Source: Mycobacterium leprae TN
GTDB lineage: Bacteria > Actinomycetota > Actinomycetes > Mycobacteriales > Mycobacteriaceae
Direction: 5' to 3'
Assembly (NCBI RefSeq): GCF_000195855.1
Contig: NC_002677.1
Coordinates: 1,770,001 to 1,802,000, forward strand
Length of the DNA: 32,000 bases
The stretch's first letter is position 1. Each line of letters opens with the position of its first letter. The notes beneath the pieces are model-generated. The model searched no databases. It saw nothing but the letters and a program-made list of their open reading frames with translations, and was not told where the DNA came from. The position numbers were made by a program, and so were the translations under genes. This document shows, piece by piece, positions 22,816-32,000 of this stretch.

Positions 22816-22957
22816 TCCTTACCCCACGGTTGAGGATGACGACATAGCTTTAATGCACTTTACCGTTTGCTCCCAGGCTCTTTCAAATTCAAACCGAAAC
22901 GTCAACAGCACTAAAGACAGATCGACGAGGCAAACATCACGGCGTTGCTCCGGTGAT

Positions 22958-24061
22958 CTAGCTGAGCCGCGCGACGACGGCAGCGATCCGCTCATCGCTG
23001 GCGGTCAGAGCCACCCTCACATGCTGACAACCACCGGGGCCGTAGAATTCGCCGAGCGCCACCAGGATTCCACGCTGGGCGAACCACTCAACGCTATCCC
23101 GACAAGGCTCACCACGGCTGGCCCACAGGTACAAGCCGGCCTCGGAATGATCAACGGTAAAACCGGCTGATACGACCGCGGGCAACAAAACATCCCTTCG
23201 ACGAGCGTAGCGGTCTCGCTGCTCGCGTTCGTGAGCGTCGTCCCCAAGGGCGGCGACCATGGCCGCCTGCACCGGAGTCGGCACCATCATCCCGGCGTGT
23301 TTGCGTACCGCCAGCAGCTCAGCAACCAAGTCCGGATCTCCAGCAACAAAACCCGCCCGATATCCGGCCAACGACGAGCTCTTTGACAGCGAGTGCACCG
23401 CCAGCAGCCCAGTATGGTTGCCGTCACAAACCAAAGGGTGCAACACCGAGAACGGCTCGGCGTCCCAACCTAAACCCAGGTAGCACTCGTCAGAAACCAC
23501 CACGACACCACGATTGCGCGCCCATCCCACCATCTTGCGCAAGTGGTTCACGGCGAGTACTTGGCCGGTCGGGTTGCTCGGAGAGTTGAGGTAGAACAGC
23601 GCCGGGGACTGCAGGCCCAGCTGGGTCAACGAATCCGCACGCAGCACCCGTGCTCCGGCCAACCGGGCGCCAACATTATATGTCGGATACGCCAGTTCCG
23701 GCACCACAACCACGTCGCCGGCGCGCAGGCCCAGCAGGGTCGGCAACCAGGCGATCAGTTCCTTGGTGCCAATCACAGGTAGCACGGCCGCCTCAGTGAG
23801 TCCGGTGATGCCGTAGCGGCGGTCCAACGCTGCCACGGCCGCCTCACGCAGCCGCGCAGTGCCGGCCGTAGTGGGATATCCCGCTACGGAGCTCGCGGCA
23901 GCAAGAGCTTCTTGAATCAGCGGCGCTACGGGATCGACCGGGGTGCCAACGGACAGGTCGACAATACCGTCGGGATGACTCTCGGCGACGGCTTTCGCAT
24001 CGGCCAAGGTATCCCAGGGAAACACCGGCAAGGTAGCCGACACTCGCCCAAAGGGGGACAC
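22958..24061 (-). CDS. dapC: N-succinyldiaminopimelate aminotransferase (class I/II PLP aminotransferase)
   Basis: 367-aa intact ORF. GIVDLSVGTPVDPVAPLIQEAL, YLNSPSNPTGQV, SLSKSSSLAGYRAGFVAGD (PLP lysine). Adjacent to fdxC, as in other mycobacteria. Confidence 0.92.
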   Translation of the reverse strand: MSPFGRVSATLPVFPWDTLADAKAVAESHPDGIVDLSVGTPVDPVAPLIQEALAAASSVAGYPTTAGTARLREAAVAALDRRYGITGLTEAAVLPVIGTKELIAWLPTLLGLRAGDVVVVPELAYPTYNVGARLAGARVLRADSLTQLGLQSPALFYLNSPSNPTGQVLAVNHLRKMVGWARNRGVVVVSDECYLGLGWDAEPFSVLHPLVCDGNHTGLLAVHSLSKSSSLAGYRAGFVAGDPDLVAELLAVRKHAGMMVPTPVQAAMVAALGDDAHEREQRDRYARRRDVLLPAVVSAGFTVDHSEAGLYLWASRGEPCRDSVEWFAQRGILVALGEFYGPGGCQHVRVALTASDERIAAVVARLS

Positions 24062-24098
24062 GCACCCCTCCCTGCTAGCTTCTCCAACGCCGTCCGAC

Positions 24099-24425
24099 TC
24101 AATCGCCTTCGCCCTGCGGCGCGAGGTTCTTGATCACTTGCGGATCATTCTCAGCCATACCGACCTTTGCCGCGCCGCCCGGCGATCCCAACTCAACAAA
24201 GAAATCGACGTTGATCTGCGTGTAATGGCTCCACTGTTCGGGCACGTCGTCTTCGTAATAGATCGCTTCGACCGGGCAGACCGGTTCGCACGCCCCACAG
24301 TCGACGCATTCGTCAGGGTGGATGTACAGCATCCGGGCGCCCTCGTAGATGCAATCGACCGGGCACTCCTCAATGCACGCCTTGTCTTTGATGTCGACAC
24401 AGGGTTCGGCTATCACGTACGTCAC
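24099..24425 (-). CDS. fdxC: 7Fe-type/seven-iron ferredoxin
   Basis: 108-aa ORF. MTYVIAEPCVDIKDKACIEECPVDCIYEG...CVDCGACEPVCPVEAIYYEDDVP, with ferredoxin cysteine clusters. Confidence 0.95.
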   Translation of the reverse strand: MTYVIAEPCVDIKDKACIEECPVDCIYEGARMLYIHPDECVDCGACEPVCPVEAIYYEDDVPEQWSHYTQINVDFFVELGSPGGAAKVGMAENDPQVIKNLAPQGEGD

Positions 24426-24647
24426 AGACGTCTCCTCCGTGTACTGTTTGGTGTGGGTTGCTTATTCGCCTCGCCACGGCACGTGCAAGCCACTTTCCCG
24501 GACAAAGCGTTCGGTTACTGATACTAGACGTTGCACATACACGTCAACTACTGGGCACAATCGTCACAATTCCTAGAAGTCTAGGGTCGTAGTTACACAG
24601 CACCGTGCGTTACGATTTATACTGCCCGAGTAGCGCTGTCCCACGCG

Positions 24648-24685
24648 ATCCTAGGCTAGCTGTGCGAGCACGGCTAGCCTAGGAT
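24648..24685. repeat. Long inverted repeat / hairpin
   Basis: ATCCTAGGCTAGC (24648-24660) is perfectly complementary to GCTAGCCTAGGAT (24673-24685). The stem extends inward by a T-G wobble plus GTG/CAC, giving a loop of CGAG. Confidence 0.95.
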
Positions 24686-24914
24686 ACGAACTGGCGCACC
24701 GATTTGATCGCTGGATACACGCCACAAAAGTCACCCGGCCCAGCCAACCCGACGTCAATAGAGACAGGGCTGAGATGGATCCCGGGTGGCCGTCAAACCA
24801 CTCAGCGACATCCGAGCTGAAAAACAACATGATCGATCGGTTCGACAAGGTTATTCAGGCACTTCAAGAGCCTCCGGAGGACTCCAACGGACGCCATGAC
24901 TAAAAAACTCTCCC

Positions 24915-26967
24915 CGCAGTGGAATCCCTACCCAGTCTTGAACCTTGTTATCTCGGTTGGCCGTTGGCTTTACTATGTTGCGCAATCGGGTGGTCATGGG
25001 GCCGATGTATGCCGGACGGGAAGACCGAATTCACCATATCGATCGACTCGTCGCATACTTCACCAAACACGTACATGGAGGGCTCTGACAGATCATTACC
25101 GGGAGGCAACGCACCGAACCGCACCGGCTTGCTGCTGCCATTCGCATCGGAAATGGTTTCCTTCCCACAAGCCCGACGGCATCGTCGTGTCACCATACAC
25201 GTCCAACGAACCGGGCGTCGAAATCCTGTTGCAGATCCTACACGCAGAACGTTACGCCTACCATCCACTTTCAGTCAGCGTGTCGTCAATCAACCCGTTC
25301 CGGCCACGAGCGCTGTCGTCTCGGGGCATCGAAGCAACGATCGCCGATTTTGCCCGCTGCACTTAACTGGCTCGCGAAGCCAGCTATGATGGAGTCGAAA
25401 TCATGGGCATCGGAGGATGCCTGGTCAACCAGTTTCTAGCACCGCGCACCAACAAACGCACCGAATTCTTTGGAGTGGCGCACCGGCCAACCGCAGCTCG
25501 CTCCCGGTCGAGATCGTGCTCCGCCCCCGTGCTGTCGTCGACCCCGATTGCATCACTTGTTACCGGATGTCATGGTCAACTACGTCGAGGACTGTAAAAG
25601 CTGAGACGAGATCATCGCGTTGACGACCGAAGTGCAGACCGCAGGCGCGACCATGATCAACTCCGACTTCGGTTGGCACGAGGCCCGGGCACCGAAGGAT
25701 CATCACTTAGGTGCCTAACAACGCCTTCATTGGTATCAGCGACGCTGTCGCCCGACCACGTCAGCATCCCGGTGGTGGCATCCAACATGTATTAGCATGC
25801 CGTAAGCCTCCGACCAGATCGGAGCCGAGAGACCCGGTGCAGCCTGATTCGATGGCCCAACCGTTGCTGAGCGACCCGGAGTGGGTACGCAAGAGCGCGA
25901 CGGACCGTTCCGAGAAAATCAATACCTGCCTCGCCTGCAATCAGACTTGCCTCGTCCACGCATTCGCAAAAAATGGTGTCCTGCCCCCGAGCCGAGCGCA
26001 AGATGCAACTAATGCTGTCCCCGGCCCGGCGCACCCACTCAGTGGCCGTCATCGAGACCGGTCCGGCCGAACTGGGCGCAGCGGTGATCATCACCCAGCG
26101 CGGGCACCAGATAATATTATATCAAGGCCAATGATTTCATCAGCGGCCAGTTCGACATGGCCCGCCGCAGTCCCGACAACGAAGAATTTAACGAGACCAT
26201 CCGCTACTGCACAACGATGCTGGAAAAACACGGTGTAGTGGTGCGGCTGGGTATTCGGGTGTCGGCGATCGACGTAACGGGGTACGAAATTGTCGTACTG
26301 GCTACTGGATTGGCACCACGCATTCCGGCCATCCCTAGCATTTACCCACCCGATGTTAATGACCTACGCCGAAGCGATTATGAGCAGCAAGCCGGTCGAA
26401 CGAACCGTGGCGGTAGGTCGGGGCCGGAAGCACCGGCTTCGACATCAGCGAACTCCTGGTTACCGAACAATCACCTACCCGAGACTCTAAAGACCTCAAA
26501 GCGTGGAAAGCCGAATGGACTTCGCGGATCTCCAAAAACCACACGGCGCGCTGACCACCCCGGCGCCCGCACAGCCCGCTCATCAAGTAGACCTGCTGCA
26601 ACGCAGCAAAGTTCCACAGGGCAAACAGTTCGGCAAAACCAGCGGATGGATGCACCGAGCATTGTTAAAGACCAAAGGCGTTCCCCAACTCTCCGGAGTG
26701 AATTACGATCGGATTCACCGACGACGGTCTGCACATCCATATTTCAGACCGAACCGGCAGCGCCCACGACTGCTCGCAGTTGACAATGTGGTGCTCTGGG
26801 CGTACCAGGAGTCGGTCCGCGATCTGGAAAATGCACTAAGAACTGCAGATATCGACCTAAACATCACCGGCGGAGCGGCCTTTGCCGCGGAGCCGGACGC
26901 AAAGCGCGCCATCATGCATAGCACAGAGCTGGCGGCCCGGCTCGGGCGTGAGGGCCCATTTCGCTGA
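24915..26967 (+). pseudogene. fadH: NADPH-dependent 2,4-dienoyl-CoA reductase remnant
   Basis: Fragments spread over three frames: NAPNRTGLLLPFASEMV; EILLQILHAERYAYHPLSVSVSSINPFRPRALSSRGIEATIADFARC; AREASYDGVEIMGIGGCLVNQFLAPRTNKRTEFFG; EKINTCLACNQTCLVHAF; FDMARRSPDNEEFNETIRYC; EIVVLATGLAPRIPAIPSI; YLLQRSKVPQGKQFGKTSGWMHRA; LAVDNVVLWAYQESVRDLENALRTADIDLNITGGAAFAAEPDAKRAI. Confidence 0.88.
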
Positions 26968-27189
26968 CCACAAACCAAGTCAGCAGGCCACCGAACTACA
27001 GATAATCACGTCCGGAGCGTGGTCGCCGACATTTCTTGCATCGGAAGTAAGTCACGGGGGGAGTTGGTAGCCGTGATCGCAGACGGCAGCCACTGGGGAG
27101 ATGCCCGTAGCCGTCTTGTTGGCGATGCAATAACTGGGGAAGGTGCCCACATGGTTAGGTCTTTAGCCAAATAGCTGTTACTCTGGGCA

Positions 27190-27470
27190 GAGTAGCGCTA
27201 GCCACTACGGCTTAAGATTTGCATCCGCAGATCCACTGCAACACACGCGCTGTAATTACGGGCAAGTGCTGTCGCTCAACCCGCCGGATCCGGGTGCTAT
27301 CGCACAATTAAACTTATTCATACTCAATGGCGCAGAACTATTTGCATCAGTTCCTGGTCGCTCCGCCAGCGCAACACGCGCAGATAGCAGCAGATAAGAA
27401 TTATGCCGGGGCTGCGCAATACTTCGACCTGTTTGAGCAGATAACTGACATCTGCAACAACTACATGAGC
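27190..27470 (+). pseudogene. TB8.4 (Rv1174c-like) secreted antigen remnant
   Basis: Fragments across frames: CNYGQVLSLNPPDPGAIAQLN; FLVAPPAQHAQIAADKNYAGAAQYFDLFEQITDICNNY. They resemble TB8.4 (CNYGQVVAALNATDPGAAAQFN...AAPPPQRAAMAAQLQAVPGAAQYIGLVE...SCNNY). Located between the fadH remnant and fbiC, as expected by synteny. Confidence 0.72.
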
Positions 27471-27611
27471 CGCTCAGTAACCGCTTAGCAGATGGTGTTC
27501 TCCCACGTCACGACAAAGGTTGTGCCAAGTATCGTATTCACGTCACGCCACTAGACTGGGACACCTCCCGCTTGCGGGAGAAGAGAACACCCGCCCTCGC
27601 GGATAAAAGAT

Positions 27612-30203
27612 TTAAGCCCCTCGCAGGGCGTAGGTGGTGGTGCGCTGGCGGGCGGTGCGGCCGATGCCCTCCGCGATCGCTATCAACTCGGCGACGGTCT
27701 TGGCGGAACCGTATTCAGAACCGGCCATCCGCGAGATGGTCTCCTCCATCAACGTGCCTCCTAGGTCGTTGGCGCCCCCGTTAAGCATTGCCTGCGTGCG
27801 CTCCACGCCAAGCTTCACCCAGCTAGTTTGAATGTGAGAGATACGGCCGTGCAGCATAATTCGCGCCAGGGCATGAACGGCACGGTTGTCACGATGGGTG
27901 GGCCCCGGACGAGCTGCTCCGGCCAGGTACAACGGCGAATTCTGGTGCACGAAAGGCAATGGCACAAATTCGGTGAAGCCACCGGTGCGATCCTGGATAT
28001 CGCGCAGGACTTGTAGGTGAGCCACCCAGTGGCGTGGCCCGTCGACATGGCCGTACATCATGGTCGACGAAGAGCGTAAACCCACCTCATGGGCCGTGGT
28101 GACGATCTCGATCCACATCGACGTCGGCAACTTGCCCTTAGTTAGTACCCAGCGCACTTCATCATCCAGGATTTCGGCGGCGGTGCCGGGAATGGTATCC
28201 AAGCCAGCCTCACGCAAACTGATCAGCCACTCACGAATACTAAAACCACTCTTGGCCACACCGTTGGCGATCTCCATCGGGGAAAACGCGTGCACATGCA
28301 TCGAAGGGACCCGGGTTTTGACGGCGCGCACCAGATCGACGTAGCCAGTGACCGGTAGCTCGGGGTCGATACCACCCTGCATACATACCTCGGTGGCACC
28401 CTGGACGTGTGCCTCCCATGCGCGTTCAGCGACCTCCTCTCTAGACAACGAGTAGGCATCGGTGTCACCCTTGCGTTGGGCGAACGCACAGAACCGACAG
28501 CCGGTGTAACAGATATTGGTGAAGTTAATGTTACGATTCACCACGAACGTCACATCATCACCGACCACATCCCGGCGCAACGAATCTGCAAGTGCAGTAA
28601 CAGCTTCCAGTGCAGGACCGTCGGCGGTGGCCAACGCCAGATACTCGTCGTCAGTGCAACCGGCGGGATCACGCTCAGCTGAGCGAAGTGCAGCGAGCAC
28701 ATCGGTATCGATGCGCTCCGGGGCGCAGTCGGCCAACTCGTGCACGTGGGCACGGATTGATTCCCAATCACCGAATGCGCTGTCGAGGTCGCTACGGGCT
28801 TCGGTGTTGCGGCCCTCGGTGTCGATCGCTGTATTGATATCCATCCGACCGGCGGACTCCACATCGTCGGGCTCCTGCCAGGGCATGCCGACCGGATTGA
28901 CATCGCGAGCCAAGCCGGTCACCGGATCAGCCAGTGCCACAACATGACCCCGCACTCGTGGGTCGATCCATGCGGCACCTGCCTGCACGTATTTAGGTTG
29001 GGCAGTCAACCGCTGCACCAGGGTATAACCGGCCTCCGCTGTGACAGCAGCCAATTCATGCAAAGCAGGCCAGGGTCGTTCCGGATTGACATGGTCGGGT
29101 GTCAGTGGTGAGACACCGCCCCAGTCGTCAACACCGGCAGTAACCAACGCGAGACACTCCTCGCGCGACACCAGGTTCGGCGGCGCCTGAATACGCATAG
29201 CTGGACCCAGTACCAGCCGAGCAACAGCCACGGTTGCTAGGTAATCCTCGATCCTGGCATCCGGAACCGCAGCCATCGCAGTGTGTTCCTTGGCCCGGAA
29301 ATTCTGCACGATTACTTCCTGGACATGGCCGAACTCCTTGTTCGACTTGCGGATCTCGTGCAACGTATCGGCACGCTCGGCCAACGTCTCGCCGATGCCG
29401 ACCAGCAGACCGGTGGTGAACGGTATGGACAACCGACCCGCATCAGTCAGCACCCGCAACCGCACCGTCGGATCTTTGTCCAGACTGCCGTAGTGCGCGA
29501 GGCCTTTTGTTTCGAATAATCGTCGTGACGTCGTCTCCAGCATCATACCCATCGAAGGCGCCACCGGTTTGAGCCGCGACAGCTCAGACCAACTCATCAC
29601 GCCAGGATTCAAATGCGGCAATAGGCCGGTCTCCTCCAACACGCGAATCGCCATCGCCCGCAAATAGGACAACGTGGAATCATAACCCCGTTCAGCGAGC
29701 CAGTCACGAGCTTGCGCCCAGCGATCCTCAGGCCGGTCACCGAGGGTGAATAGTGCCTCCTTGCAACCAAGTTCACTCCCACGACGAGCTAGATTGAGAA
29801 TTTCGTTGGGTTCCAAGTACATCCCAGCACCTTGGGTACGCAGCATGTCTGGGGCGGTGACGAAAGTGCAGTAGTGGCAGCTGTCGCGGCACAGATGGGT
29901 GACGGGGATGAACACCTTCCTCGAATAGGTAATCGGCAACCGGCCGTCTGCACCGCGTCGCCCAGCCGTTTCGAGACCTACGTCGCGTACCCGAGCAGCA
30001 CTGGCACAAAGGTCAGCCAGATCCTCACCACGTGCGGTCATCGCAACGACCGCCTCATCGATATTCAGCGCGAAACCGTCTCGAGCTCGGCGCAATACCC
30101 GCCGCAGCGCCGACGTATTAGGCTTGGGTGGAACGACAGGGCGAGAAAGAGCGATGGGCTCCTGGCTTTCAATCAGCGACACTTTGGTGTAACTTCCCCA
30201 CAA
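27612..30203 (-). CDS. fbiC: 7,8-didemethyl-8-hydroxy-5-deazariboflavin (FO) synthase, coenzyme F420 biosynthesis
   Basis: 863-aa intact fused ORF with two radical-SAM domains (CRDSCHYC and CYTGCRFC). Confidence 0.97.
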   Translation of the reverse strand: MWGSYTKVSLIESQEPIALSRPVVPPKPNTSALRRVLRRARDGFALNIDEAVVAMTARGEDLADLCASAARVRDVGLETAGRRGADGRLPITYSRKVFIPVTHLCRDSCHYCTFVTAPDMLRTQGAGMYLEPNEILNLARRGSELGCKEALFTLGDRPEDRWAQARDWLAERGYDSTLSYLRAMAIRVLEETGLLPHLNPGVMSWSELSRLKPVAPSMGMMLETTSRRLFETKGLAHYGSLDKDPTVRLRVLTDAGRLSIPFTTGLLVGIGETLAERADTLHEIRKSNKEFGHVQEVIVQNFRAKEHTAMAAVPDARIEDYLATVAVARLVLGPAMRIQAPPNLVSREECLALVTAGVDDWGGVSPLTPDHVNPERPWPALHELAAVTAEAGYTLVQRLTAQPKYVQAGAAWIDPRVRGHVVALADPVTGLARDVNPVGMPWQEPDDVESAGRMDINTAIDTEGRNTEARSDLDSAFGDWESIRAHVHELADCAPERIDTDVLAALRSAERDPAGCTDDEYLALATADGPALEAVTALADSLRRDVVGDDVTFVVNRNINFTNICYTGCRFCAFAQRKGDTDAYSLSREEVAERAWEAHVQGATEVCMQGGIDPELPVTGYVDLVRAVKTRVPSMHVHAFSPMEIANGVAKSGFSIREWLISLREAGLDTIPGTAAEILDDEVRWVLTKGKLPTSMWIEIVTTAHEVGLRSSSTMMYGHVDGPRHWVAHLQVLRDIQDRTGGFTEFVPLPFVHQNSPLYLAGAARPGPTHRDNRAVHALARIMLHGRISHIQTSWVKLGVERTQAMLNGGANDLGGTLMEETISRMAGSEYGSAKTVAELIAIAEGIGRTARQRTTTYALRGA

Positions 30204-30423
30204 TCAAATTCCATCCACGACGTCCCAAACATATTCGCAACACTAGCGCCAAGCCACAGCTGGCACGCGGTCGAGTATCCCGCTGTCATCGCCGCGCAAC
30301 GAGCGCTCAGCTAACCGTTTCGCGAATATCTCCGCTAAACAGCCGGAGATCGCGATACAATTCAGTCAATCAGGCACTACTTAGGCGATAGCCGCGCTGC
30401 TGCGAACGCACGGGGGATACGGG

Positions 30424-31309
30424 ATGTCTTTCTGTATTCACCGCGCCAAATGCACTGCTTACTGCTACATCGGACTTAGCAGGTATGGGTTCCACGTTCA
30501 GCGCTGCCCACGCCGCAGCGACAGCCCCGAGAACCGGAATACTGGCCGCCGCAGATCAGGCATCGACGCAGATAGCCGCGCTATTCTCTCAGTATACACA
30601 GGGATATCGGCGGCTGAGAGCGCAGTTGGCCGCGTTTCATGAGCAATTCGTGCAGGCCGTGAGCACCAGTGCCCGCACATATGCGACGGCCGAGGCCAAC
30701 GCCGTGCAAACAAACGCTGGTAAATTCGGTGAACAGACCCACTGAGCTGCTGCTAGGGCACCCGTTGCTCGGCAGCGACGATCACACGGTGGCCAGCAGC
30801 CTCTGGTCCAACGTCGCGGAACGCATCGAGAACCTCCTATTAGGCAACGCAGAGGTCGGGTTGACCAGCAACGCCAACTTCAGTTTCCCTAGCGGAGTTA
30901 GCCGCGCACCACACTGGCACCAGCGTGCCGGGACACCGATCTACCGGCGGTGCTAGTGGCCCCGCCGCTGCCGGGAACGTCCTGCTAAAGCCGGTGAATC
31001 TGACCAACGCTGCGGCAGTGCCCACGGCAACTGGATCTATCGGCAACGCGATCGATAACCTCATACCTTGGTGTTGGACCATGGGTGCAGTACGGTGTCA
31101 ATCTGCTGTCTTACGTGGTGAGTTGGGTACCCTGGATCGACATCTTGGCACCGCAAATCAACTTTTTATACTACCTGTTCGAGCCCATGGCGCAAAGCGT
31201 CTTGTTCAGCACAATCGACTGGCTAGGCGGAACAATCACCTTCAGTCAAGGGCTGAGTAATTTCTGGGCAGTCACCACAGCGTCGACCAAATCAATTCAT
31301 CCAGGCTGA
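30424..31309 (+). pseudogene. PE-family protein remnant (PE12/Rv1172c-like)
   Basis: ATG TCT TTC at 30424, then a 1-nt frame change gives VFTAPNALLTATSDLAGMGSTFSAAHAAATAPRTGILAAADQASTQIAALFSQYTQGYRRLRAQLAAFHEQFVQAVSTSARTYATAEANAV, a PE domain. The C-terminal part VQYGVNLLSYVVSWVPWIDILAPQINFLYYLFEPMAQSVLFSTIDWLGGTITFSQGLSNF is in another frame, with frame breaks between. Confidence 0.82.
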
Positions 31310-31369
31310 GATCAACTGGGTGCTTAGTTTCCCTCCCACTGCTGCCGCCCCTCCCGTACACCGATTCCA

Positions 31370-31723
31370 TTAGCCGTAGCGATTACACCGCCAAAGTACA
31401 CACGCCGGCGGCGAAACGCCCAACAAAATCAGCCACAGTGCTCCGGAGGCCATTACACTTTGCCCCGAAACGACATCAACGCCAGGACCACCTAAGCTGA
31501 GTAACCCGACGGTGAGCAGCCACACCCACAAGGGCAACGCAACCAACCACGGTGACCTCGTCCAGAGCCTGGCGGCCCATACCAGCACCGCATTGACCAA
31601 TCCACTGATCAGACCGCTAATGGGAAACGGAACAGAACCGATATAGAGAGGCATCAGCATCGCCCCGACTACTGCAGACAAAACCCCATCGGCAGCAAAA
31701 AGCACCAGGACAACGATGCGCAT
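31370..31723 (-). CDS. Conserved small membrane protein (Rv1171-like)
   Basis: From ATG at 31723: MRIVVLVLFAADGVLSAVVGAMLMPLYIGSVPFPISGLISGLVNAVLVWAARLWTRSPWLVALPLWVWLLTVGLL... about 4 TM segments. Immediately downstream of mshB, as in other mycobacteria. The true start may differ. Confidence 0.75.
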   Translation of the reverse strand: MRIVVLVLFAADGVLSAVVGAMLMPLYIGSVPFPISGLISGLVNAVLVWAARLWTRSPWLVALPLWVWLLTVGLLSLGGPGVDVVSGQSVMASGALWLILLGVSPPACVLWRCNRYG

Positions 31724-31887
31724 GACAGGCCCTGACGCGGCGCGTAACTGGTTTCGGTCAAGTCGGGACACTGTCGATATACCAGAACACAGATGCGATT
31801 TCCCACGGCAGACTGTCGAGTCGGTCCTGCCAATGCTGCAGGTCGGGGTACACAACCAGTTCCTTCCGCAGATACCTTATTGGCAGT

Positions 31888-32000
31888 TTACCGCGCATCA
31901 AATCCATCCAGACATAGTCCCGCTAGCAAATCAGTTTCCCAACCGCGCTCATCGCGATTTCCCGCGGAGCCGGCGGCGAGAACATAGTGCTCTTGTGCGA
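31888..32000 (-). CDS. mshB: MshB (N-acetyl-glucosaminyl-inositol deacetylase), C-terminal end only (runs off the window)
   Basis: Minus-strand reading [36 protein letters not shown]-stop (TAA at 31890-31888) resembles the MshB C-terminus. Supported by synteny with the Rv1171-like gene. Confidence 0.75.
   Translation of the reverse strand, partial: AQEHYVLAAGSAGNRDERGWETDLLAGLCLDGFDAR

Noticed and set aside
1-32000. CRISPR arrays, insertion sequences, prophage, toxin-antitoxin or defence systems
   Set aside because: I saw no regularly spaced repeats, no transposase or integrase motifs with flanking inverted repeats, and no defence-type domains. The non-coding space is accounted for mainly by recognisable pseudogene remnants or unassigned decayed DNA.

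Overview
This window looks like a slow-growing Mycobacterium chromosome undergoing strong reductive decay. It closely resembles M. leprae or M. lepromatosis: intact essential genes sit between long non-coding stretches holding recognisable gene remnants. Intact genes on the left part are folC (5' part), valS, clpX, mmuM, clpP2, clpP1, tig, tRNA-Pro, tRNA-Gly, rpiB, a DsbA/FrnE-like thioredoxin-fold protein and pepN. This matches the M. tuberculosis Rv2447c-Rv2467 order. Intact genes on the right part are dapC, fdxC, fbiC, a small membrane protein and the mshB 3' end. This matches the Rv1178-Rv1170 block in inverted orientation, which implies a synteny junction near 21.3-22.9 kb. Pseudogene remnants I could read by joining frames are a bulb-lectin-like and a DUF937-like protein, mobA, korB, korA, lipP, an endonuclease VIII (nei2)-like gene, an APC-family permease, fadH (2,4-dienoyl-CoA reductase), the TB8.4 antigen gene and a PE-family gene (PE12-like). 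I found no mobile element, CRISPR array, toxin/defence island or convincing new system. The points most worth a second look are the synteny junction, a near-perfect 17-bp-stem hairpin upstream of fdxC, a small tandem/palindromic element at about 4.36 kb, an unusually AT-rich desert at 5.2-6.1 kb, and the DUF937/bulb-lectin remnants next to valS. Most of the short ORFs in the track are spurious overlaps of real genes or fall in decayed DNA.
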